Below the pieces are notes generated by a model. The model saw only the letters and a list, made by a program, of their open reading frames with translations. It had not been told where the DNA came from and ran no database searches. Position numbers and translations under genes: made by a program. From Azolla caroliniana (lineage: Eukaryota > Plantae > Polypodiophyta), in the NCBI GenBank assembly GCA_043228905.1, contig JBHGNT010000016.1, positions 11,408,001 to 11,472,000 of the forward strand: a stretch of 64,000 nucleotides of DNA, given 5' to 3'. This document shows positions 52,801 to 64,000 of the stretch, piece by piece; within the stretch, counting starts at the first letter, position 1, and each line of letters opens with the position of its first letter.

Positions 52801-55800
52801 GAAGGACCTGCCCCGGACCCCATTTGGCAAGCACTGGCGGGCTGCGAGATAACATTAGCCATGGAGAAGCTATTGCAACTAGTCCCACGCTTCCGCCAGA
52901 CCATGGAAGAACGGGTAATGGGCATACCCGCGGTGAGCGTCGCTACGAACCTCACGGACGTTGGCGACGGACCGTCTGTAGTGGATCACCACAACCCGAC
53001 GATTACATTGATATTACACGGACAGGAAATCCTAGGATGTGTAATCGATGGTGGCTCGGGCGTTAATGTAATTAGCGCGAAAACATGCGAGCAGTTAGGC
53101 ATTTCAGAATGGGAGGCTTGCCCATTCTGGCTTCGTATGGCAAATACCTACTTAATACGACCATTGGGGTTGACACGCAAGATAGGCATTATCGTGGGAG
53201 GACATCGTAGTCCTCACCCTGGACGCCCCAGGGGCGTACCCTGTGCTGCTGAGCAGACCGTGGCTTTGGGTAGCAAATATCAAGCAGAGCTGGTCACACA
53301 AGTGTATCAGTTTTCGACACGGACGCACCAATGTTCACGTACCTACGAAGGGAAGCACGACACAATCCAAGGGTATAACACCATTATAAGCGGAAGATAT
53401 AAATATGTTGGTTGGGGTGGAGGATGCAGAATAAGAGGCATACCTAGATGAGCACCCTTGGATTATTCCGCTATTCGAAATCGACGTCATCGCAACCGTG
53501 GCAGAATATGCCACGACCACTATTCTCCACGACGAGGCTTATGAACCAAATCCGGATTCAATATTGGAACTAAGCAGAGCACGGGCAGCATTCGAGAGGG
53601 AAATGGAAATTTCACGGCGAGTCACCGCCTCCGCCCTGGAAGAAGTAAACGTGGGTACGGCGTCAGAACCCCGTTTTCTCTCCATCGCAAAGGAATTAAG
53701 GCCGGACCAGAGAGACGCGATGATCGAACTACTCAAGAAATATAAAGATGTGTTTCCGTGGGCTCATGAGGACATGAAGGGGTTAGATCCGAAGTTCTAT
53801 CAACATAAGATCAATTTAGCAACCAGCGCAAAACTCGTTCAGCAACGCTGCTACCGTATGAACCCGAACTACGCGACCCGCGTAAAAGAAGAAATTGACA
53901 AACTCCTAAAAACGGAATTCATACGGCCAGTTAAACAAGCCACATGGTTAAGCCGATAGTAGTCGATCCAAAGAAAAACGGTAGAATACATGTTTGCATG
54001 GATTACCGAAAATTAAACGACGTAACCATTACGAACGCATTCCCTTTACCATTCACCGATAGCGTCCTGGATGCCGTCGCAGGACATGACATGTATAGTT
54101 TTTTAGATGGCTTCAGTGGGTATAACCAGGTACGCATGCATCCTGATGACCAAGAGAAGACGGTATTTGTCACGGATTGGGGAGTCTATGTGGCCGTCGT
54201 CATGATGTTCGGGCTAAAGACGGCGTCGACGACATTTCAACGAACAACTACGAAGATCTTGGGGAATATATTCTGGCGTTCATGCAAGTTTTTTTAGACG
54301 ACTTTGCGGTATATGGGAAAACAATCGACCATTTTATGCATCTGCAACTGTGCCTGGAATGTTCCCGCACCACACGCTTAAGCCTGAACCCCGCAAAATG
54401 TGCCTTCGGTGTGACCAACAAGACTCTCCTAGGCCATATAGTCAGCAAGGTTGGAATAGCGGTCGATCCGAACAAGATCTCCACGATTACGCAAGCCAAA
54501 ACTCCGACAAACGCGAAATCACTCAGCCGGTTTTTAGGACAAATACGATGGCATAGTCGGATGATATGATACTTGGCAGACTTCGCCACGCCGTTACATC
54601 TTGTCGTGCATCGGACTCCCTTCCAATGGACCACAACGGAGGACAAGGCCTATGAGGCGCTTAAGATAATGCTCACACAGGCACCCGTCGTACAACCACC
54701 AGTTTGGGCGAAGCCATTCCACATATTCGTAGACGCCTTGGACATAGCAATAGGAAGTGTGTTAATGCAACTCACCGAACCAAATTGGTACCAGCCAGTG
54801 TACTACGCTAGTCGCAAATTATCAACAGCAGAGCGTAACTATTCCACAACGGAGCGAGAGGTGCTAGGGATGATCTATAGCATCAATAAATTACGACATT
54901 ATCTGTTGGGGAGGAAATTCATGTTCCACGTGGATCATTCGGCACTGTTGTATTTGGTGGAGAAACAAGCACTGACGGGGAAATTGGTGCGATGGATGCT
55001 GCTGCTTCAAGAATTCGATTTTGTAATTCAGCACCGCCTAGGGACGCAACACGCAGTGGCAGATTTTTTGAGCAGACTCGATAATGGAGAAACAGTACAG
55101 AAGGACGACGACGACTTTCCGGACGCCAACATTCTGCGGGTCGCCGCACTAGCAGAAAGAACTGAATTGACCTTTCCGGACTAGTGGCTTATGGAAAGGA
55201 CATACTTTTTTACTACGGAACTGCCTCCACCACAATTACGCACGGACGAGAAGAAACAATTAGTCGTCCGAAGTCGTAACTTCTGCCTGGTAGAAGGAAT
55301 TTTATATCACAAAGGAAGTGATGGCCTTTGGCGACGCGGGGTACGTCAGGATGAGAAAGAAGCAGTCTTACGGGAGGTTCACTGCGGCACAGTAGGCGGG
55401 CCTATGGTGGCCGACTACACAGAAGGACGCATACAAGTATTGCAGAAACTGTGATTTGTGTCAACGGATGGGCCAGCCCACGGAGGGCGCAAGGATGCCA
55501 CACCAACCCGTATTACCGTTAGACCCCTTCCAGAAGTGGGGATTGGATTTTGTGGGCCCCTTCACACCGGCGGTAGCCCATACGGGCAATAAATACATAT
55601 TGGTAGCCACGGATTATTGCACCAAGTGGGTAGAAGCAAAGGCACTACGAGAAAATATGGCGGCTGTCACAGCGAGATTCCTTTACGAGCACATCTGGTG
55701 TCAGTTCGGTTGTCCGATTGAGCTTATCAGTGACCAGGGGAGCCACTTTCTCAATACGGTTGTTCGAGAACTAACACATCATTACGCCGTAGTCCACAAG

Positions 55801-56734
55801 AAGAGTACACCATATTATCCACAAGCGAATGGGTTAGCGGAATCCACCAACAAGACATTACAGACCACCTTAAAGAAAATCGTCAATGAAAATAGAACGG
55901 ACTGGGATACCAAATTACAGAGTGCGTTATGGGCGTACAGAACCAGCTACAAAACAAGCATACAACCAACACCGTTTCGGCTAGCGTTTGGGCTGGAGGC
56001 CGTGATGCCGGTGGAGTTTCAAATACCCAGTTTACGCATTCAGGTACGGAACCGACTATCAGAAGCCAAGTCGGAGGAGGTATGGCTACACTAGCTACTC
56101 GAACTCGGCGAAAACTCGTACACAGCATGGTTATGTTGGAGCAGGAACAACGACAGCGTAAAGCGTTTGTGGATCAACATCGGAACGCACGGGAAGAGGA
56201 GTTCGCGGTCGGTCGAGCGGTACTGGTTTTCCAAACCTGCATGGGCCATATGCCAAGGAAGTTATGATTCCCTTGGAAAAGCCCGTACTGGATAATTGTT
56301 CCAACTAGGCACGTTGGCCGGGGAAGTCTTACGACAAAAGGTGAATGGGTTCCGCCTTAAACCTTACCTGGGCCCTACGCCACCTAACCCATTCACCGCC
56401 GGACAGGACAAAGCCGAAGAACCCGCGGCGTAAGTGGATGGCCCCACTTGTATCATAATGTAAAAATAGGTTGTATGTAACCGTTACGAAAAAAGAGAAA
56501 GAAAAAAGAGAAGATAACGACGATATTAAAAAAGGACTGAATGCATGCACAGACTCCTTGATCAAGAACACACGGCACCACGATGGTTGACTGCCCAATG
56601 AACCCTAGGCCACAAAAAGAAGGAAATAGAAGATCTTCTACACAACACAGCAACCCACCTCCTAACTCTAAGGGCTCCCCTCCCTCGCCTTCTCCTCCAT
56701 CCTATCACTGAGCTCAAGCCCACCGCAACTACCA

Positions 56735-59700
56735 ATGTCCTCCCCACGAGCCCACTCTGGCTATGCCGATCTTTATCTCTACCGCCTTATGTCGATGGCT
56801 CATGGAGAAACGCCTAGATGGGTACATCAGGGTCGTAGAGGCACCTCCACACCCGGATGCGTTGGACATCGCTAGAAAGCTCAATATCGACACGGTCACC
56901 AACTCTTCCATCCGGAAAAAGTTGAACCTGTCATCACTAGGTGAGAGGCATTTCGAAATCCCTCCTGCAGAGTCACTGCAGAGATACTTCGGCCCATATT
57001 CCTCCTCCGCCACAGCCTATAGAACGAAGCAGATCCCGGGTCCCTTTTTCCGTGAAATCGCCAAGTTCCTATTAGAGGTTGGATGCGTACACGTCAACGC
57101 ATATGGGATGCCCAAGTAGAAGGTGGGTATCATTATTGATACCTTTGAAGGGCGTGCGGTCGACTGGGGAGTCATCACGGGGCCGGCGTTAAGGGAAGGC
57201 ATGCATGCGTTGTCGCGAAGATTCGCGCGTGCGTGTGCTACTCGAGCGACCACCGGGGTCTTGGACTGGGGAGGATGTTTGCAGAATTATCGAAGAGATG
57301 ACGATCAATGTAAGATTAGATGAAATTGGTTTACTTGAGAAGAAGAAAGATTGTACACTTGAGAAGTAGAAAAATATGAAGAAGATAAAGACAAATATAA
57401 TTATATTGATGATAATGGTGTTGGTGATATCACATATTGAGCCCCCCTTACACAAGCTCAAGTAGAGGCTTTTATAGGTCTTTCCATGCTTGTGACATGC
57501 ACAAAACCATGGGCTAAAACCATGGTTTTGTGCACACGGTTTTGCTTATGTCATGCACAAACCATGGGTTTAGAACCATGGTTTTCTAATGGTTGTTTCA
57601 TCTATAATTCATATATGAAAAGTAAATACATAAAATCTACACTATATGATAGTTGTCCTAGTGGTAAGGAAATTATCTTGTATCTTAGAGGTGCAAGGTT
57701 CAAACCTTGCTTGTGCCCCTCTGTATGAACTCAAGTGCCACTAGGCCTTGGGTTTATTTGCTAAGTGCATGTGCAATGTTGCACATCCTTGGTTTATTCG
57801 TCTCACTCGGTTTCACACCGTAGCCGAAAATTGTCACGACAACGTATCAAGGATGCAAGAAGCTCAAGTCGATCATACAACAGTACCTGACAGTGTTATT
57901 CCACCCCCCCCCCCCCCCCCGAGGCCTGCCGACACTGCAGCCCAGCAGACCCACGCCTCCGCCTCGATCCGCGAAGCATAGGTTAGCGGAGTTAGCTGCC
58001 ACAACCCGCCCAACTAGACACACGGACAACGCCGGAAGAGCAAGCGGCGTGCTCCGCGGAAGTGGCACCAGAGCCAGACGTCGAACCACGGCAGGATAGC
58101 CCCAGACCGAAACGGCGGAGGTTGGACAGGAAAGATGGGCGGGGATTAGTTAAAGACGTCCCCACGGCGGTAGAGACAACGACCGAAGGCGATGGTATCC
58201 CGGACATGGCCCATGAGTTTAGCGCCCTCTTATATAGTTCGGAACCTCTTTTGAGCTCATGGAATTACTGGCAACACAACAGATAAAGGCCTCACAACGA
58301 ATGGTTGAGGAGCACGCGGACCGCTAGATGATCGAGCGCGCCCTAACACAAACGACGAAAAGCGACGATTGAGGACTGGCTAGCCAGGGTCGGCAGACAG
58401 AGGAACGCCGGTGTACACCGAGTGGCAAAAAGCCATTAAACACGGCCCTAGTCAAAGTCCATAGGGAACTGGCAAAGGTCAGCACGGGCGCCAAGGAGAT
58501 GGCCATTAAAAATAAAAATGTCTGGAAGAAGGTGAAACTGACCCAAGCCGAGCTGCAAAAAGCCAACGAACACATCGCGGAGTTGGAAACTAACGCGACT
58601 ATGACGTAGCAGGCAACTCCACCACCAAACCACACCATCAACGCCTTGAAGGAAGAGGTTGAGGCTCAGACCGCCATTGCTTCCAAAGCAAAAAGGGTCG
58701 TACAACTAGCGGAATCAGAAATTGACCACCTTCGCGCTGAACTTCGCCAATCCTCAGACAGGGAAAAGGATATCTGGGCCAACGACTGGAAGGCAGTAAA
58801 AACCCTTGAAAAGAAACTCGTTGCGGAGATAGCACAGCACACCCGGACAAAAGAAGAAAACGCTCAATTACGGGAGGAAGCGAAGAAATCGGAGGCGGCA
58901 ATCGCGGGACTCCAGACCTTATTGGAGAAAAAGAAGGTATGGTTCGACAAGCAGCTGGTGGGCGAACAGGAAAGAAGGCATCAGCTCGAAATCCGCCTAA
59001 ACAATGAAATGGAGAAATTAGAAGAACTCCATGCGAAGGAATCCCAGCCGTGGGCGGGCATGAAGAGCACGTACGAAGAAGCGGCTGCAGTTAGTAAGCA
59101 AGAAATTGCAAACCTCAAGAAGTCGGTGGAAGAAGCACGTAACCACTGCCAGGCCATCACAGACAATGTGTGTATCCTTCTACAAACGAATCGGGAGAGG
59201 TTCACAGTGCAATTGAAAACAGCGCTAGACAAAGGATGGATGGCGTCGACAACCCAAGCGGCGGAATTGCACGCATATCGTGCGGACTGGGAGAACCAGC
59301 GAAAAGACGGTCGAGGCTTCTATCAACTCAATGAGGAGAGCATTGCGGCAGTACGCGAGGACCTAGCGTAGGACTATCACGCGCTAGCGGACCAGCATTC
59401 CGAAGAACTCGCGCAACTATTAGACGATTTTTGTGAAAGCCAGGAGGATCTGTTTCAACAGATCACACAAGCCGGCAGCACGCGAACAAATGAGGAATCT
59501 GTCGCGACACCAATTCCGGACACTGCTGAAGAAGAGGAACCTCAGGCCAGGTCACCAGAAATTACAACTACGGTGAACAGCGCAGACAACGAGCGGGGCC
59601 CCCACATTACCAGACAGCGAAACCACTACCCAAGAGGAACCCCATCTACCGAAGCATACGCTATCGGCCGACCACACGAAGAACATTGTGGACCAAGCAG

Positions 59701-60002
59701 AACCGCAACCTCACTCCCCAAAGCGTACAATGACAGTTGACACCATGGAGCGAGTGACGGAGGAGACGGAGGAGACGGAGCTGCGACCGACCACGAGCCT
59801 GCTGATGGCTGAGCCCAACCGCCTAGCCCAAGAAGAGCCCATAGAACCCGGACCGCCCACACAGGACGATCGCGACACCAGGAGAAGCCCTTCCGCCCAA
59901 ACAGGGAAACCACACCACGGGGCACCTACGAGCCCTATGTCGTCCCCGGACGTGGCCACCGTAGCCGAGCCAAACATCCCGACCATTTTGGAAGAAGATT
60001 AA
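56735..60002 (+). pseudogene. Extra 3' ORF of the Athila-like element: globular N-domain, long coiled coil, acidic/Pro-rich tail
   Basis: Sense ORF pieces 56763-57119, 57123-57210, 58062-58286, 58646-59371 and 59688-60002. E/K/A-rich heptad-like composition. Confidence 0.6.
57211..57841 (-). mobile_element. Solo LTR distantly related to the Trp-primed family
   Basis: tgtcg...cgaca ends. 4-bp TSD gcgt/acgt. Shares ccaccggggtcttggact with the family's U5. Confidence 0.8.
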
Positions 60003-63000
60003 CGGGATGGGTCCGACGTGCCATGGCACTGTCCCACAAGCGTGCCAGGTGTTGTCTACTAGAACAGTAACCGACGAACAAGAGCGCAAGAATAGGAAAT
60101 AGTGTAACATTGTAACACATGTAACGGTTCACGTGGGAAGCGTGAACGGGTAAAAGACCCTGCATATATAAAGGGCAGAAAACCTCTAATAGAGGTAGTG
60201 TGTAATTTTGGAATGTAAAGAAGCGTATCATAATAGAAATCTATCTTCTCTGATATCTATGTATAGCTACGGCTAATCTACTATGTGTCTGTAACACCTG
60301 AGAGTGTAGAAGTAAGCAACGGTGAGTGTATAACCATTGTTAAGGAGCTCGGTTGTAGCCGTCTCCCTTATACGCTGCTAGGTTACAGAGCACATTCCCC
60401 TATGTATTACGCACAGACGCTACCGTTCGTTGTCACACAGTCACTTGGAGGTCTAGGTCGAAGGACTGACCGTAGACCATGTTCCTAATCGGTAACAGCG
60501 TTGGCCTCCATGATGAATGGTTTGCTTGTATCCACATGAGCTAGAATAGGTGTTGATGTAAAGGCTTTCTTAAGATGCCGAAAAGCCATGTCCGCTTCAT
60601 TGGACCAAAGAAATGCTTGTCCCTTTTTCGTAAGTTGTGTGAGAGGTAAAATAATCTTCGAGTAATCCTGTATAAACTTGCGGTAGAAGTTAGCAAAACC
60701 TAGAAAACATTGTACATCCCATACTGACCGTGGAATTTGCCACTCTAGCACAGTTTGGACTTTAGCTAGATCCATGGAGATGCCCTTTGAGGAGATAACG
60801 TAGCCTAGAAATTCCACTTGCTTGCAGTAAAAGCTACATTTTTCTAGCTTGGCATAAAGACCATTCTTGCGGAGTCGGTTTAGTACTAATAGTACATGAG
60901 AATCATGCTCTTCCGGGGTCTTCGAATAAATCAATAGATCATCCAGATAGATGATGAAATAGATATCCATGGCATACCTATTCCGGATGGTGACCTTATT
61001 TAAGCCGCGGTAATCAACGACGAGACGAAGTGAGCCATCTTTCTTCTTGACAAAGAAGATGGATGCTCCGGCCGGAGATTTCAAATGACGAATAAACCTG
61101 CTTGCCAAGTTCTCCTCTATGTAAGCTCGAAGGACTTCTAACTCGGTGGGTGACAAGTTGTAGATTGGTCCCCATGGTGGCTCTACTCCTGGTTGTAAAT
61201 CGTAGGGACAATCATAGGGACGATGATGAGAAAGAGTGCCGGCTTTTACCTTGTCAAATACGTCGGCATAAGGATGATATTTCGTCGGAAGTTGCACTAA
61301 GGATTCCTCCTTAATATTGTTGGAAGGATGTACTGATATGGCAAATAGGAACATTGCCTACTTGTGTCCTTCTTCGCGTAGTTGACGTAGTGAAATGGTT
61401 GAAACGCGATGAGTAGATTCTTGGGGTTGTCAATATCGGACTTCTCTTGTTCTCCAATCTATGTCTGGATTATGTAGTTCAAACCAAGGTAATCCCAGGA
61501 CAATGGGATGCTCTGGACTACTAATTATATTAAATGATACTACACACGCAAAACAACCTAAGACAACCTGCATGGGTTTTGACTCTTCTACAATATTCCT
61601 GGAAGCAATGGGACGACCATCAATGACTACTACATATGCGGGGCAAGGAAGTTTTCTTAAGGATATCTGAGAAGCTTGGGCAAAATTTCGATCCATGAAA
61701 CAGGAATTGGCTCTGGAATCTAAAAGTGCTAGGACTTGTACTGGGGGAGTACTTTTAGTACTAACCATGACTTGGGCTAGGAACACATTGCTAACTTGCT
61801 TGGAGGGAATGGAACCACTAATGGGCTGTACAGATCTAGGGTTGTCCAACCAAACGGCTCTTATTTTGGCTGGACTCAATCGTTTTTAACTCTTCATCTA
61901 ATTGACTAAGGATTTCAAGTTTGTTTGAGATACTTGGGTTATTAGTACTATTAATACTATCAGACACTCCCAAGGGAAGAATTGACTCGGGTTTAGTACA
62001 GGTTACGATTTGATTTACTTGTCTTCTTGGCCTATGGGGACAATTGATTGCGATATGCCCTAGTCCACCGCAATAAAGACATAATCGATTTGCACGTCGT
62101 CGTTGCTTTTCTTCTTCCGATAACGGGCCATGTTGACGCATGGTATCGATCTCCATCGGTGTCGGAGTATTTGCTTGAGGTATGTCTCGTGCAAACGGTT
62201 TAGCCGCGACTGAGGCGTAAGCGGGCTCCGGCCTAGAGCATGGTATCTATAATTGACGTTCCGAACGTCGTTCGAAAAGGCGGTTGTCACATCGGACCGC
62301 TCGACTGATTGCCTCCATAAGAGACTTTGGTTCTTCGAGGAATGTTAGAAGTAGATCTTTGACATTGTTTCGCAGGCCATAGCGAAACTGCTCCATTAGT
62401 GCTTGATCATCCCAGGGGATATTTGAAGCTAGTAGACGGAAATCCGCCCCGTAGGCAGAGGAGGCTAGACGATCGCCTTGACGCAATCGTCGGATTTTGT
62501 TGATCGTTGTCCAGATGTTGTTTGTATCTCCAAAGCAAGCTTTAAACTCACTAATAAAGTCTTCAAAGTTATTCAGTAAGGGTGATTGTTTTTCCAGAAG
62601 CAGAGCAAACCATGCCAAGGCTAAGCCGCTAAGCAACGTGCCTATTAGGCCAACTCAGGATGCATCAGTGGGTTATCGAGAAGGATGCATTTGAATGACT
62701 AAGTGTACCTGATTGAGGAATCCCCTAAATTGCGATTGCGTTCCATCAAATTTCACAGGAAGTCCAATCTTGGGCTCTTTATGAAATCCGTGGGGACTTG
62801 ATCCTTGTTGTTGCAACGCTGCTTCAAGTTGTTGCACACATAACGCTAACTCCCCATGTTGTTGTTGCAACTCCCCATGTTGTTGCTACGTTTGCTGTTT
62901 TTCTAGGGCGATTTGTTGAAGATGCCCTAACAAGCGTTGGTTTTCTTGTTCCAAGGCAACAAAATTTTCTTTTAGACATTGTAGCTCAGAGAAAATGGAT

Positions 63001-63658
63001 TGGTATTCTTGGGCGCTAACAAAAGCCATTGTATAGAAAAAGGATAAGAGGATGAAGGGAACCAAAAGAAAGACTAGAGAGGAAAATTGGTTCAAACTGT
63101 CAGGCATTAACTACCATTAATTGTAGGTGATTAGGACCCAAAAGGATTTGTTTTTGATGCTCAAATGCAGGTTCCCTTGGACGAAGTTCCATATAAGAGC
63201 GTTGAGAAAGCGCATCTGCTTTGCCTTACTGCTGTCAGGAACAGTACTAAGACAGAGAAGGAATTAGTACTAAAAGAAGTATTAGTACTAAGAGAGGTGA
63301 AGAACTCTCGAGAGAAGGAAAGAGTGAGTGAGAGGGAGGGAGAGAGAGATCAAGAGAGAGAGAGAGAGAGTGATGATAAGAAAAGATATATATTATGTGA
63401 AGAAAATGTACAGTAGCTAGGAGGCTTAAGACTGGCGTTGAACCGATTTGGTTCGAAATTTTGCCTTGTGCCTCCTTTTATAGTGTTCTAAGGAATACTC
63501 CTGAAGTTTCTAGAATGTTCCAGAGAAATCTGGAATATACATCAATTTTCTATGATAAAACATAAATGAAAATAATATTTTATGTATTACAATGTATAGT
63601 CTAATGGTCAAGAGCTCGACCCATGTAGTATAAGGTCATGGGTTCGAGTCTTGCCATA

Positions 63659-64000
63659 TCATGACCCTATCCCCCTTTTAAAACGACGAGTGTAACGAGT
63701 CGTTTTGGATTGAGGACCCAGTTTGTTTGGATATTGACGATGGAAGTCTTCAAGAAGAGCACGAGCATTGGTGACATTCTCTATCGGTTCCCAAGTACGC
63801 TCGCTGGGACTATATCCTAGCCAGTCGACTAGATAGTAGAGCTTGTGGCGAACAAGCTTGGAATCAAGGATGGCGGCAACCTCGTACTCAGGTCCATCTT
63901 CAAGCTCGATCGGGGGTGGAGGCTGTGTAATACGTCCTGGGATGGTGCTTTCTTGATAGGGTTCGAGGAGAGAACTATGAAACACCGGATGTATCCGAAG
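63659..64000 (-). mobile_element. 3' end (chromodomain and PPT) of a second chromovirus copy sharing the LTR at 63098-63666
   Basis: PEYEVAAILDSK..YLVDWLGYSPSERTWEP, then aaaagggggatag PPT. Confidence 0.88.

Larger units (their letters stand above)
50687..60497 (+). mobile_element. Full-length decayed Athila-like (non-chromovirus) Ty3/gypsy with extra 3' ORF (LTRs 50687-51102 and 60050-60497)
   Basis: TSD gcgtc/gcgtt. gag from 51391, protease VIDGGSG, RT FLDD, RNase H NYSTTERE, integrase KWGLDFVGP. No chromodomain and no additional RNase H seen. Confidence 0.92.
48171..63666 (-). mobile_element. Chromovirus (Tcn1-like Ty3/gypsy): LTR 63098-63666, gag, protease, RT, RNase H, integrase, chromodomain; 3' LTR lost; split by two insertions
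   Basis: [46 protein letters not shown], chromodomain YEVVAILDSK..YLVDWLGY..TWEP at about 48174-48355. Pieces are joined through TSDs. Confidence 0.9.

Noticed and set aside
58646-59371. Envelope gene or captured myosin/SMC gene
   Set aside because: Generic coiled-coil composition, with no transmembrane segment or ATPase motifs seen.
63590-63661. Functional tRNA gene
   Set aside because: A/B boxes are present but I could not form acceptor and anticodon stems. The same applies to 10887-10955 and 57653-57710.

Overview
Eukaryotic nuclear DNA from a land plant, probably a fern or other non-seed plant (inferred from a Tcn1-like chromovirus and fern-like plastid rps4). There is one intact host gene, an 8-exon COQ5/UbiE C-methyltransferase at 13160-22243. 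Nearly everything else is nested, mostly decayed retroelements. These are three near-complete Ty1/copia elements, two copies of an Athila-like Ty3/gypsy, a self-primed chromovirus in tandem, a tRNA-Trp-primed gag-only LTR element and its solo LTRs, other solo LTRs and a LINE remnant. There is also a mosaic plastid insertion. Most unusual signals: (1) the Athila-like element has no polypurine tract and instead carries an inverted second primer-binding site (a tRNA 3'-end copy ending in CCA) before its 3' LTR; (2) an LTR family with 4-bp TSDs whose four target sites all have a central CpG; (3) tRNA-like A/B boxes lying antisense in the U3 of unrelated LTR families; (4) an element integrated with two U5 ends. 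Boundaries were read by eye; lineage and tRNA assignments come from memory and need database confirmation.
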